Shown: positions 1-14,598, counted from the first letter of the stretch. The stretch: DNA of 64,000 bases from Octopus vulgaris (GCA_951406725.2 OX597837.1:36890001-36954000), one strand, 5' to 3'. Program-made: numbers and translations. The notes: generated by a model from the sequence alone, not told the origin.

Positions 1-834
1 GCCTGGATGTATATATATGTAGGTGTCTGTTTATCTGCCTGCCTACTCAAATATTTGTTTATTGTTTTCCTTTAGTTAATCTTGGAACATCACATATATA
101 TATGTTGTTTTGAAGTCACTCCCTCCGTTTAGTCACATTTTTTGTTTCATTTTAACAGTTAATGTTTACGACTTACAATGAAAATATATTTTCTATTATA
201 GTAACTACGCTTATAGTCACTCACCCCTGTTTCCTCTCCCATGCCAATCCCTTCCCTTTATTCGATTCTTCTCCCTGCAGCAGCCCCCGTTTATAATCAC
301 ATTCTCATGCTTTATTCACTCATCTACTATTCACAGCAGTAGCTTCTCTTATAAGCCATTCATCTTCCTCATTCATTGATAGCAAACACCAATCATAGAT
401 GCTCCACTTAGACAAGCCAGGCTCCTCGATATGGTTGCTAGAAATAGCAGCCTAAACTCTTTTGAAAATACACCTTATCGTCTTTAAAACAGAGGCAAGG
501 CCATATTGGTTAATGTAGTCTTTGATACCTGTTATCTTTTTTATGTCAGTCCTGCGGCCATACTGGAGCACCACCTTGAAAGGTTTTAGTCGAACTATTC
601 GACCCCCAGTACTTATGGTTTAAAAGTCTCGCGCTTATTCTGTTGGTCTCTCTTTTCCGAACTGCTAAGTTACGGGGAACGTAAACAAACCAGCACCGGT
701 TGTCAAGCAGTTGTGGACACACACGCACGCACGCGCGACATGCTTCCGCATAGTTTCCGCCTACCAAATTCTCACACAAAGCATTGGTCGGGTTCCTGGG
801 CTGTAAATAAAAGACCCGTAATGGGACACAACGC

Positions 835-1340
835 CTGACAAAATGCTTATCGACATTTCGTCTGTCTTTATGTTCTGAGTTCAAATGGTGTAGGAGTCAA
901 CTTCGCCTTTCATCCTTTCTGGGTCGATAAACTAAGTACCAGTTACGCACTGGGGGTCAGTGTTATCGACTACCCCACTCTCCCAAAATTTCAGGCCTTG
1001 TGTCTATTGTGGAAAGAATTATTACTACTGAAACGACGTGTTCTGAGTTCAAATCCCGCCAAAGTATTTTTAAAATCGACAGAACAATGTACCAGTCAAA
1101 TGATATCAACTAACTCTTCTTTCCTATAAAAATTTACTAGCCCTATGCCCTAAATTGTTAACACTTATTACAGAAAGGACATTATGTTCCGAGTTCAAAT
1201 CCTGCCGAGGTTAACTTTACTTTTCTTTTTTCCGGAATCGATAAAATAAAATACAAGCCAAGTGCTAGGGTCGACTGTATTGACTGACTCCCTTTCTCCT
1301 GAAAATTGCTGACCTTGTGCCAAAATTAGTGCCTATTATT
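835..1340 (+). mobile_element. Cluster of degenerate SINE B units
   Basis: Repeated gttctgagttcaaat...gtcgataaa..agtaccag units; similar clusters at 10310-10640, 12375-12750, 17435-17785 (-), 35990-36245, 36445-36945 (-), 60420-60595 (-). Confidence 0.75.
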
Positions 1341-1935
1341 ACTGTATCGACCTTGATAATTAAGGCCATGATTTTTCCGCTTATATCACGTTATTTTCTC
1401 TTTTATGAATGCATTTAGTTTACCCTGGTCTCGTTTGTGGTTATACACTTTGATTTTACAGTCAATAGACTCTGAATTTTATGGAACTATTACTGACATT
1501 GATTGTCATTAATGGTAGTTAATGGTTTCTAAACTGAAGTGAAGACCACAAATTTGTGGAGGGTGGTGGCGGTGAGATTTAGTCGATGAAATCGATTTCG
1601 GTATTTGATCGGTGGTACTTTATTTAATCGTTCATGGAAGTATGAAAGGTAGGGTTGACTGCGACGGGGGTTTTGAACTGAGAACGTAAAAATTCGGAAG
1701 AAATGTCATGAAATAATTTTTTCCGATGCCAAAAAAATTATTTGAAAAAAAAAAAAAGTTGCCTTTACGTTCTGAGTCCAACTTTCCCTTACGGAGTTCA
1801 TATATAAAGGGTACCACATCGATTTTCCGGAACGATTTGGTTCGAAATCCTGATTTTTTTTCCCCCGAATCAGGGATGGTTACCTTGGCCAAGACCTTGT
1901 AAATCAAACAAATGTTAAATTTACTTAAATAATTA

Positions 1936-2101
1936 GGCGTAGGAGTGGCTGTGTGGTAAGTAGCATGGTTCCGGGTTCAGTCCCACTGCGTGACACCTTG
2001 GGCAATTTCTTCTACTATAGCCTCGGGCCGACCAAAGCCTTGTTAGTGGATTTGGTAGACGGAAACTGAAAGAAGCCTGTCGTATATATGTATACATACA
2101 T

Positions 2102-2133
<32 letters not shown>

Positions 2134-2362
2134 GTGTGTGCGTGCGTGTTTATATATGTTTGTGCCTGTGTTTGTCCCCCCAACGTCGCTTGACAACCGA
2201 TGCTGGTGTGTTTACGTCCCCGTAACTTAGCGGTTCGGCAAAAGAGACCGCTAGAGTAAGTACTAGACTTACAGAGAATAAGTCCTGGGGTCGATTTGCT
2301 CCTCGACTAAAGGTGGTGCTCCAGCATGGCCGCAGTCAAATGACTGAAACGAGTAAAAGAGT
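1936..2362 (+). mobile_element. tRNA-derived SINE family A (~410 bp, internal TA/TG microsatellite)
   Basis: A box TGGCTGTGTGG, B box GGTTCAGTCCC, body ccttgggcaag...ggtagacggaaactgaaagaagcc, tail ccagcatggccgcagtcaaatgactgaaac. Over 20 full or partial copies in the window. Confidence 0.9.
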
Positions 2363-2856
2363 AATTAAATGATACACAGGCATCTGTACATTAATGTAAA
2401 TTAGTGCGGATTATAAAAAGGCCCCGGATCATCAATGTGCAAAAAGTCGGTGCTCCAATAGAAACAAGAACTTAATACATTGGCTCCATTCGTCCTCCTC
2501 AAATTTGTGGCCTTGTGTTGATAAGAAACAATTAGCAATATACCATTACGAAGTTCAAATCTGGCCGAGTTTGACTTTGACTCGAATCCTTCCGGGTTCG
2601 ATAAGTACAGATCAAATGCACGAGTCGATATAATCGATAAGCTCAGCTCAAGTACTGGAGTGAATGTAATCGACTGTTCTCCCATCTATTAATAATTTTT
2701 TTTCCCATTGTGTTTATATGTTAGAAAGAATATATCATTATTTCCCTCCGCTGTTTACAGCTGTAACACTCACGTGCACACCAGATTTTCACCTTATTTG
2801 GTGAATTTAAAACTATCTAAGCTGACCACCATTGCTCTCACTTTCTCGTTTTGTAA

Positions 2857-3102
2857 TATCTATCTCAGTCTATCTATCTATCTATCTATCTATTTCTATC
2901 TATCTGTCTATCTGTCTATCTATCTATCTATCTATCTATCTGTCTGTCTGTCTGTCTGTCTCTCTCTCCATTTATCTATCTATCTCTATTTATCTATATA
3001 TCTCTCTCTGTCTGTCTCTATCTATCTGTCTATCTATCTATCTAATCCATCCAACCATCTCTCTCTCTCTCTCTCTTTATCTATCTCTCTATCTATCCCT
3101 AT

Positions 3103-3148
<46 letters not shown>

Positions 3149-3227
3149 CTATTTATCTCTGTCTGGCTGTCTATCTATCCCTATTTATCTATCTATCTAT
3201 CTATCTATCTCTCTATCTATCTATCTC

Positions 3228-3270
<43 letters not shown>

Positions 3271-3325
3271 CTATTTATCTCTGTCTGTCTGTCTATCTAT
3301 CGCTATTTATCTCTCTGTCTGTCTG
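2857..3325 (+). repeat. (TCTA)n/(TCTG)n microsatellite
   Basis: Direct reading. Confidence 0.95.
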
Positions 3326-3755
3326 TTTATCCCACGTCGTTTGACAACCGGTATTTGTGTGTTTACATTCCTGTAAACCAGCGGTTCGGCAAATTAACCG
3401 TTAGAATAAATACTAAGATTTTAAAAAAATATATGCTCTGGCATCGATTCGCTCGACTAAATTTCTCTAAGGCGGTATCCCAGCATGGCCGCAGTCAAAT
3501 GACTGAAACAAGTAAAAGACACACACACACACACACCAGTAATACTTATTTGAAAACACAATGGATTCTCTTAAGTCATTCAGTCACTTGTTGGTCTTTA
3601 TTTTTCGTTAATTTTTAGTAATGTTTAATTAAACACTTCTACTACTACGCTTACTATAAACTAATTTCGCTTGTCATTAATAAGAATTAACCAAGAGCGC
3701 GCGCGCGGGAGAAAGAAAGAAAGAGAGAGAGAGACGGAGTGTCTGTGTGTATGTA

Positions 3756-3831
<76 letters not shown>

Positions 3832-3856
3832 ATTTTATATATTTACGTTTATATTT

Positions 3857-3996
3857 TCATTTTTTCATTTCCTTTTCATCTAGTTTCAGCTCACGAGCTG
3901 TGGCCATGCTGGGGCAATATTTTATTGGCTAAACTGGCAATATGACCATTCCGAAATATAACAATATATATATATATATATATCTGTATCTCTCTC

Positions 3997-4036
<40 letters not shown>

Positions 4037-4058
4037 CATATATATATGTATCTCTCTC

Positions 4059-4098
<40 letters not shown>

Positions 4099-4114
4099 TA
4101 TATGTATCTCTCTC

Positions 4115-4159
<45 letters not shown>

Positions 4160-4314
4160 CTCTCTCTCTGTATATATATATATATATATATACACATATA
4201 TAAATATTGTTGTATTTAGGAATGGTCATTTTGCCAGTTTAGCCAATAAAATATTGCCCCAGCATGGCCACAGCTCGTGAGCTGAAACTAGGTGAAAATG
4301 AAATGAAAAAATGA
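3857..4314. repeat. Fold-back: ~110 bp inverted arms around a (TA)n-GTATCTCTCTCTCTG minisatellite
   Basis: 3857-3967 is the reverse complement of 4204-4314 with few mismatches. Confidence 0.9.
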
Positions 4315-4355
4315 TTATATATATATATATATGTATCTCTCTCTCTCTCTCTCTG

Positions 4356-4407
<52 letters not shown>

Positions 4408-4890
4408 GATGTAGGATGTGAAACGCGTGACCTGTTGTTCTCTATAATTGTATATGCAATAAGGTCAGTAATGTCTGGATGTTATTTTTTAAATTTCTAT
4501 TGATACAGAACAGGATGTTCCGTTCATTTTCATTGTCTTTGGGCTAGATGAACTGACCTCACCATATTGTGGAATGAATGCAACAGCTCACCCGTGCTGC
4601 CTGCTTGGTCTATTGATGGTGGAGGTGCTGATATTGGCATGACCTCATTGTATATCTCATCTCTTATGTGTGTGTCTGTGTCTAGTTTCATTTGGTCCAG
4701 TTCGGGGTTATTGCATTTCCATCGTTTATGATGGCTTTAGCTGACCGAAACTTCGAAGTCACAATGTCAATACTATTCTTGTGGGATAGAATAATAAATA
4801 TTTACTCAAACAAAAAGTATTGACTAATTCTTGAGTTTAATGTAGAATTGGTTTTATTGTAACTTAGCATAAAAACATATATATGTTACA

Positions 4891-5525
<635 letters not shown>

Positions 5526-5678
5526 ATGGTTGAACGTGTGTTGTGTTTGTAGATGTGGGTTCGAGTTCCATGATCAACCTTCACCATTTTTATCCAGAGA
5601 GTTTTTGAACCCAATATTTACACGCTATTAACAATAGCTTTATTTGCTTCGAGTTTCCATGCCCCAAAAACGAATGAT

Positions 5679-5720
<42 letters not shown>

Positions 5721-6352
5721 AACGAACGTGGGAGTCTTTTCCGTGTCTCTCTTTCGCCCACCCTTTTAGATACAGCAACCAAATGTCCATCAAATTATAC
5801 TATATTCGTTGTTTTTCAACAGAAGGCACAGATATACTATTTCAGTGATGGAAGGGGCAAAAAAACCCAACCTGGGATGATTTGAGGTGAAATAATGCCT
5901 TTGACTATAAAACTACTTGGTCAGAGATGACCTAGGGTTAAAATACATCGCCCGCCAACATGACCTTTTCAGAAGCTAACGTGGAAGCCACTTCATGACC
6001 GTTTGGCCTGCAAGAAATAATAGCCAGATCTCTTTGAAATAACACTAACGGTTTTAGAAAATAAAAGATCAATAATCTTAGATATACCATAATCTAAATA
6101 ATAGAAATATGGTTGTTTTATTTGGGTCACCTTTTGAGTTAAAGATCTCTGTTGGATCAAGGCCCATCTGGAGCTAAACTACAGCTCACATCGTGTGTGT
6201 GTATGTGTGTGTAAACGTACAAGATCTCTCATGTGGTTGTTGAACTTGTTAGAAATAGCAACCAAACCTCCCCTCGTCTCAGCCTTCTAAAAGGAAAGAG
6301 GTCCAAGGATAATGTAGTGTTAGATAAACTGTGTCTGAAAATAATATTAATA

Positions 6353-6724
6353 TCTTTATATATAAAAGTGAAGTTGTGTGTCTGTCTCCTACGATTTAGA
6401 TTCCTAACTACTCCCACATTTTGCGGTGCAGTTTAACCAAAAGTGGGTATCTTATAGTCGTGATTCATATCGAGCCCTTCTGGGTATTAGCGCACGTCTA
6501 CGATGAGTCTACGATTTTAAAAAACATTTACCATAATTTTTTTCCATTTCAATGCATTTTTTTGCTATTATATAAGGGAAGTAACTCTCTAAAAATGTCT
6601 ACGATTTAAAAAAAATTACCATTTTTTTTCCATTTTTAATGCATTTTTTTTGCTATAACTCTCTAAAAATGCTTATATAGTTATTTTCCTTACAAACCCG
6701 AGCAACGCCGGGCGATACTGCTAG
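6353..6724 (+). mobile_element. Non-autonomous Helitron
   Basis: 5' TC, 3' hairpin CCCGAGCAACGCCGGG then CTAG, between A and T, no TIR; second copy at 54956. Confidence 0.85.
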
Positions 6725-7011
6725 TCTTTATATATAAAAGACAGGGATTGGTCGAAGTTAGGACATTGCCCACGCCAACGGGCAAACCAGGTAAGATGGA
6801 ACTAAAGGAGAATAGATTGAGAGGTTATAGATAGATAAATTGATTGATCGATTGATGGATTGGTGGATGGATAGGAGAGAGAGGAAAGGTTATATGTTGC
6901 TCCAAATTTATCAAGACTCACTCCTCCTTCATCATCTCTGTTTTATTACATCCGACATATGCCAGTCAGATCAATTATCTGCTGTTCCTTCTACCATTCA
7001 TTAATGAATCT

Positions 7012-7396
7012 ATTCTTCTCTCTTTCTCTCTCTCTTTTTTTTTTTACTCTATCGCGTTTCTTTGCCCCCCCTTCTTTCTTTCTTTCTTTCTTTCTTTCCC
7101 TTTTTTTTCTTTCTTTCTCTCTCTCTCTCTCTTTTTACTCTATCGCGTTTCTTTGCCCCCCTTTCTTTCTTTCTTTCTTTCTCTCTCTCTCTCTCTCTCT
7201 CTCTTTTTACTCTATCGCATTTCTTTGTCCCCCCTTCTTTCTTTCTTTCTCTCTCTCTCTCTCTCTCTCTACTCTATCGCATTTCTTTGTCCCCCCTTTC
7301 TTTCTTTCTCTCTCTCTCTCTCTTTTTACTCTATCGTGTTTCTTTGACCCCCCCTTCTTTCTTTCTTTCTTTCTCTCTCTCTCTCTCTCTCTCTCT
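7012..7396 (+). repeat. Compound ~55-70 bp pyrimidine minisatellite (TTTTACTCTATCGC(G/A)TTTCTTTG.CCCCC + CT/CTTT)
   Basis: Five units at ~7043, 7133, 7206, 7270, 7324. Confidence 0.9.
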
Positions 7397-7525
7397 TGTG
7401 CCTCACCTCATTCCACTTCAATATCGATCTTCTAGCATTCGTTATGAAAACAAAACAATCGATCGCTACTTTGCTACCATCACTACCATCACCGCCTCTT
7501 TTAATGCCACACTTTTATAACCTCT

Positions 7526-8143
7526 GTCATCATCATCATCGTCGTCGTCACCACCACCACCACCGTCTTCACCATCATCACCACCACCACCAGCATCACC
7601 TCTAACATCATCAACGTCGCTATCATCATAACTATCACCATCATCAACACCACCACCACCACCACCATCACTATCTTCACCATCATCATCACCACCACCA
7701 CCATCTCTAACATCATCAACACCGCTATCATCATAACTATCACCGTCACCACCACCACCACCACCACCACCAACATCATCAACACCGCTATCATAACTAT
7801 CACCGTCAACACCCCCACCACTACCACCACTGTCAATGCCATCGATATCACCATGGTTATCACCACCATTACAAGTACCATCAACACCACCGTTACAACT
7901 ACCACCACCACCACCACCGATTACAACTACCTCTGCCACCATCACCATCACTCCCATTATCACAACTGTCACTACCACCATCACCACCTTCATTCAATAT
8001 CACCACCATTACTACCTTCACCATAATCACAACCACTACCACCGCCATCAATATCACCATAGTTATTGTTACCACCACCACCACCACCTTCATCACCACC
8101 ACCACCATTACCACCATTGTCATCACAACCATCATTGTTATCC
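7526..8143 (+). repeat. Cryptic (CAC/CAT)n trinucleotide tract
   Basis: Direct reading; similar tracts at 13943-14390, 43085-43270, 43778-44115, 56445-56765 and complement 56860-57080. Confidence 0.92.
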
Positions 8144-8425
8144 CTGATAGAGGTCTCTGTGACTAGGGTAAGAGAACAATTAACCTCACATTTTGCTGCT
8201 GGTTGACAAGTTTCATAATCAGCTCAATTAAACACACAGGTGTAACGTACACTACATAGACAGGCGGTATACACACCTGTATGAAGATATAGACACACAC
8301 ACACACATGTATGCACAATACATTTTATATGTACATAGAAGATGCCAGTTATTATGATCGCTTTTGGACAGGGTCTCTTAGACACTAACAGGCTGATAAC
8401 ATTAAGCAGAGAATATGAAAATTTG

Positions 8426-8476
<51 letters not shown>

Positions 8477-8561
8477 TAAATTAGAGACAAAACCACTATT
8501 AGGCAAATCATACAATGAAAAACTTAAGCCAATACATAAGATTATTTAATTTATATACATA

Positions 8562-8820
8562 TAGGGAAAATTCAAAAAAAAAAAACAAAAGACGAAGACA
8601 GGTGGTGTAGACAACAAACAGATGTATTAGTATAACGCTCCGGAAGTCAGACGGTCTTCAACATTTCAAGCCCATGCTCTTCCATGCGTATATATGTAAT
8701 GTATATGTGTGTATGTGTATATATATATATATGTATGTATATATATATATATAAGAAACACAGATAGAAACAAGGAGAGAAAATAAAGAATCTGTAGTGG
8801 CTAGAGATCTATCATAGCGA
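8562..8820 (-). mobile_element. PLE-terminus-like repeat, hammerhead core interrupted by microsatellite
   Basis: Shares aaacaaaagacgaagacaggtggtgta...gtattagtat and aaacaaggagagaaaa with the 25948 and 47210 copies; TA/TG tract inserted at ~8685-8750. Confidence 0.5.
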
Positions 8821-8844
8821 TATATATATATATGTTTGTGTGTG

Positions 8845-9900
8845 TATGTGTGGTTGTGTGATAAGAAGCTGGCTTCCCAACCACATGGTTTAGCCCTATT
8901 GAGTGGTTCCTTGGGCAAGTGTCTTCTACTATAGCCTCGGGCTGGCCAAAGTCTTGTGAGTGGATTTGGTAGAGAGAAACTGAAAGAAACCCGTCGTATG
9001 TATATATATATGTGTGTATGTGTGTTGTTGTGTCTGTGTTTGTTCCTCCCCATTTCATCGCTTGACAATTGATGCTGGTGTGTTTACATCCCTGTAACTT
9101 AGCAGTTTGGCAAAAGAGTCCAACAGAATAAGTACTAGGCTTATAAAGAATGTCCTGGGCTCGATTGCTTTTACTAAAAATCCCTTTAAAGTGGTGCTCC
9201 AGCATGGCAGCAGTCAAATGACTGAAACAAGGAAAAAAAATAAAGTATAGGTGTAGGAGTGGCTGTGTGGTAAGTAGCTTGCTTACGAACCACATGGTTC
9301 TGGGTTCAGTCCCACTGCGTGGCACCTTGGGCAAGTGTCTTCTACTATAGCCTCGGGCCGACCAAAGCCTTGTGAGTGGATTTGGTAGACGGAAACTGAA
9401 AGAAGCCCGTTGTATATATGTATATATATATATATATATGTGTGTGTATGTTTGTGTGTTGTGTTTGTCCCCACCAACATCGCTTGACAACCAATGCTGG
9501 TGTGTTTACGTCCCTGTAACTTAGTGGTTCGGCAAAAGAGACTAATAGAATAAGTACTAGGCTTACAAAGAATAAGTCCTGGGGTCGATTTCCTCGACTA
9601 AAGGTGGTGCTCCAGCATGGCCACAGTCAAATGACTGAAACAAATAAATGAGTAAATGAGTATATATACATAGGCGCAGGAGTGGCTGTGTGGTAAGTAG
9701 CTTGCTTACCAACAATATGGTTATGGGTTGAGAAATTTGTTTTTCTAACCACAGGGTTTCAGGTTCCATCCCACCGTGTGGTATCAATGGCATCCCACCG
9801 TGTGGTATCAATGGTATAATCTTCTATTATTGCCCTGCCCTGTTCTGTCCAAAGCCTTCTGAGTCAACCAGGAAGACCGACACTGAAAGCCTGTCACATT
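8845..9900 (+). mobile_element. Three head-to-tail SINE A copies
   Basis: Copies at ~8845-9240, 9250-9650 and partial 9672-9900. Confidence 0.85.
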
Positions 9901-11451
9901 TGTGTGTTTGTGTGTGTGTTTATGTATATCTCACTTAATCTGAGATATTCAATGTTTTTTAACACATGGCTGTTTCCCAGGATACTATCTGACAGCTAAT
10001 GGGTGTAAAAACCAAACACATACACTGTGGATATGACACTGATAATGTTCGCATTATTAGAACTGCTTTTATTTCAAAATTTAATTTGGTTTCACTTGTG
10101 CTGCGTTACAGCTCATTAGCTAATATTCTTTACACTATTTTACTTATATGCTTTGGACCAGCGATTTAATTCGTTTTGAAATATGTTGGGTGTGCGGTGC
10201 TGAAGAGCTGAAAGACAGAGAAATATTGATACCCACCATTCTCATTCAGTCTATGGGGCGAGTTGTCTCATCTGGTCTCAGATTTTCAGTGATTTTAACA
10301 GTGTGTCAAGACAGGTCAATAAATTAAGTACCAGTTGTGTACTGGGGTCGATCTAATCAACTGGCCCTCTCCCCCAAAATTTCAGGCCTTGTGCCTAGAG
10401 TAGTAAAGAATATTTCTTCTTCCTAATGTGGCAAGTTGGCAGAAATGTTAGCACGCCGGGCGAAATGCTTAGTATTTCGCCTGTCTTTACGTTCTGAGTT
10501 CAAATTCCACCGAGGTCGACTTTGCTTTTCATCTTTTTAGGGTCGATAAATTAAGTACCAGTTGGGTACTGGGGTTGATCTAGTTGACTAGACACTTCCC
10601 CAAAAATTTTGAGCCTTGTGCCTAGAGTAGAAAAGAATATATATGACACAAGGTCACCTCCTCTAATGTCCCCTTCTCTTCTCAAAGGATCTTTGTCTTG
10701 TAGGTTACTTGGTGACCCTGCCAGTGCAGGTGCCACTTAAAAAGCATCCAGTCCACACTGTAAAGTGGTTGGTGTTTGGATGGGTATCCAGCTGTGAAAA
10801 CCTTGCTTGTACCACGTAAAAAACACTGTCCACTCTACTGGGTGGTTGGTGTTAGGAAGGGCATCCAGCTGTAAAAACCATGCCAAAACAGACCCAGCAG
10901 TCTTGTGCAGTCTTCTGCCTGGTCAGCTCCTGTCAAACCATCCAACCCATTCTGGCATGGAAGGTGGACATTAAATGATAATAATGATGATGGTGATGAT
11001 GATGTGTCTTCCAAAAATTTAACAAAAACATAACAGAAAAATTTGCAGCTAATTCCTCATTAGTTAATGTCCAAACTATCATTACAATTTTGTGCCTCTA
11101 CACACACACACACGTGTATGTATATGTATACTTAGCTAGATATAGTGTTGTGTGTATGTGTCCCCTTGTTTTGACATTGTGCTGTAATTATAAATGGGAG
11201 TTGTCATTTATTTCTCACTTCCAATCCTCCATGAAAACATGTCTGGCCATGGAGAAATACCACTTTGTTTGGAAACAGGTGAGAGTTGCTGACAGGAAGG
11301 GCATCCACCTGCAAAAAAATCCACTTTAACAAATTCTATCTTATCCATTTTATTATTATTTTTCCCCCCTTCTTGTACAGAAAGGTTCAGAGATACCTTT
11401 TGTTGAAGTCTATCAAGGCTTTCTGGTTTCACATGGACTGAGGCTTAAATT

Positions 11452-11925
11452 CATCATCATCATCATCATCGTTTAGCGTCCGCTTTCCATGGTAGCATAG
11501 GTTGGACAGTTCAACTGGGGTCTGGGAAGCCAGAAAGCTGCACCAGGCCCAGTTTGATCTGGCAACGTTTCTACAGCTGGATGCCCTTCCTAACGCCAAC
11601 CACTCCATGAGTGTAGTGGGTGCTTTTTACATGCCACTGGCACAGGTGCCAGACGAGTCTGGCAAACGGCCATGATCGGATGGTGCTTTTTATGTGCCAC
11701 CGGCACGGAGGCCAGGCGAGGCTGGCAAACGGCCACGATCGGATGGTGCATTTTACGTGCCACCGGCACGGAGGCCAGGCGAGGCTAGCAAACGGCCACG
11801 ATCGGATGGTGATTTTTACGTGTCACTGGTACGGAGGCCCGTCGGGGTGGCGCTGGCAACGGCCACGTTCGGATGGTTTTCTTATGTGCCACCGGCACTG
11901 GTATCACAGCTGCGATTTCCATTGA
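11452..11925 (-). mobile_element. Repeat family C (RTE-5'UTR-like SINE/non-autonomous retroposon) with (GAT)n tail and internal ~62 bp tandem units
   Basis: Minus strand ggttggcgttaggaagggcatccagctgtagaaa...aaacgatgatgat; other copies at 10700-11003, 54285-54527, 61470-61665. Confidence 0.72.
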
Positions 11926-12806
11926 TGTTGATAATTGATTACGTAAAATTGATTACGTAAAATAAAATATTTATTTTCATCGAACATTTGCCTGTGTGTG
12001 TGTGTAAACTGTTCAGATAGTATAGCAACACTAGTGTTTGCACTCATCCAACTATGAACAGGTCTCCAGAAGAGAATACTTACAAGGTGAGTCACTCCAC
12101 GACGCATAAATGTCTGCTGTCTATATAGATTATCATAATGAATATGTGTGTGTTTACATATGTAAAAGAGTGTGTGTCTGTGTGTATAGGCACAATCATG
12201 GCTGTGTGAACAACAAGTTCACTTTGTTGCTATCTCTGGTCTTCAGTTCTATCTCACTGACTCAACCTTCTTCAAGTGCTTAAGCGTTTTCTATTTAGCC
12301 TTGAGCTCATTAATGCTTTCTGAATGAATTTGGTAGATGGAAACCGTTTGAAAGCCCTGTGTGTGTGTATATATTCGGGGTCGATAAATAAAGTACCTAT
12401 TTCGTTACTACTACCCACAAGGGGCTAAACACAGAGGGGACAAACAAGGACAGACAAACGGATTAAGTCGATTACATTGACCCCCAGTGTGTAACTGGTA
12501 CTTAATTTATTGACCCCGAAAGGCTGAAAGGCAAAGTCGACCTCGGCAAAATTTGAACTCAAAACATAACGGCAGACGAAATACAGCCCAGCATTTCGCC
12601 CTGCATGCTAACGATTCTACCAGCTCGCCGCCTAGGCAATAAATAAAGTACCAGTTACACACTGGTGTTGATGTAATCGACTTAATCCCTTTGTCTGTCC
12701 TTGTTTGTCCCCTCTATGTTTAGCCCCTTGTGGGCAATAAAGAAATATATATATATATAAATAAATGTGTGTGTGTATAATAGGCACATATATATATGTG
12801 TATAAA

Positions 12807-12971
12807 GGGGCAGGAGTGGCAGTGTGGTAAGAAGCTTGCTTACCAACCGCATGGTTCCGGGTTCAGTCCTACTGCGTGGAACCTTGGGCAAGTGTCTTCT
12901 CTTATAGTGTCAGGCTGACCAAAGCCTTGTGAGTGGATTTGGTAGATGGAAACTGAAAGAAGCCTGTTGTG

Positions 12972-13014
<43 letters not shown>

Positions 13015-13290
13015 GTATATATTTATGTGTTTGTTGTTTGTTTGTCCTCCCCCCACCATCTTATATCTTTTACTCTTTTACTTGTTTCAGGCATTTGACT
13101 GTGGCCATGCTGGAGCACCACTTCAGTCAAATAAATCGATCCTGGGACTTATTCTTTGTAAGCCTAGTACTTATTCTATTGGTCTGTTTTGCCGAACTGC
13201 TAAGTGACGGGGACATAAACACACCAGCATCAGTTGTGAAGCGATGTTGGGGGGACAAACACAAACACGCAAACATACACATACATACAT

Positions 13291-13345
<55 letters not shown>

Positions 13346-13631
13346 CTATTGTATCTGGGGAGAGTAATTTTCTTTTTGTGCCTTATTATGTAACTCACTC
13401 ACCAGTAAAGAATCTTGCAAACTAAATCCAAAAACGAAATACATATATATATATATATATATATATACATACATACATACATACATACAACGGGCTTCTT
13501 TCAGTTTCCGTCTACCAAATCCACTCATAAGGCTATAGTAGAAGATCCTTTCCCAAAGTGCCACACAGAGGGACTGAACCCGGAACCATGTGGTTTGTAA
13601 GCAAGCCACTTACCACACAGCCACTCCTACG

Positions 13632-13633
<2 letters not shown>
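12807..13633. mobile_element. SINE A 5' half (+) facing a SINE A (-)
   Basis: + copy 12807-13050; - copy 13070-13633 with expanded microsatellite. Confidence 0.82.
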
Positions 13634-13714
<81 letters not shown>

Positions 13715-14081
13715 ATATTTATATTTATATTCCTAGTGTATGCATGTTGGTGTGTCTGACTACACATAGCTTGTTGAATAAGGAATCTGGTGTGAAGCCA
13801 CGGTAGGGTTTTGTCTGCATACCTTTTCCTTGACAGATTGGCTTCTGACCAAAGTGAGAGAAGTTCGGTCTGATATGCTATGATGCTGTTGCTGCTGTTG
13901 TTGTTGTTGTTGTTTAATGTGGCAGCTTTATACAGCCTTATCCATCACGACCACCACCATCATCATCATCATCATCACCACTATTACCATCACCATCCCT
14001 GCTACCATCACCGTCACCACCACCACCACCACCATCATCATCATCACCACTATTACCATCACCATCCCTGCTACCACCACC

Positions 14082-14112
<31 letters not shown>

Positions 14113-14556
14113 CCACTATTACCATCACCATCCCTGCTACCACCACCGGCACCACCACTAGCACCACCCATCATCACCACCACCACCACCACCACCACCA
14201 CCACCATCACCACCACCATCAGTGCTACTACCATTATCAGAATCACTGCTTCCACCATAGTCATCACCACCACCACAGTCATCACCACCATCTCTGTCAT
14301 CACCACGCCATCACCACTCCTGCCACCACCATCACCACCACCATCACCACCACTGCCACTGCCACCATCACCATCATAGTTACCATCACCATTTTGCTGT
14401 CAATTTTTTGGTCCTGGTGTTGCAGTTAGGCATATATCAACAGAATGTAGTTGTTCTGTTTCTTCTCCATATGTTCTGGTGTGCACACAAAAAATATGAC
14501 TGTCTGGGAGGGAATGTGTTGTGTAAGCATAGTGATACACACACACACACACACAC

Positions 14557-14598
<42 letters not shown>

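Noticed and set aside
8801-9490. Recurring ORFs with RLPNPLTRLWSARGYSRRHLPKVP or EDTCPRCHAVGLNPEPC
   Set aside because: Antisense readings of SINE A, not a protein family.
11620-11905. CRISPR-like periodicity
   Set aside because: Units are wholly repeated with no unique spacers, eukaryotic context, no cas genes.
12016-12092. Strong donor AAG|gtgagt as an upstream UTR exon (also CAG|gtaaga at 6791)
   Set aside because: Weak acceptor and no frame constraint; not supportable without RNA data.
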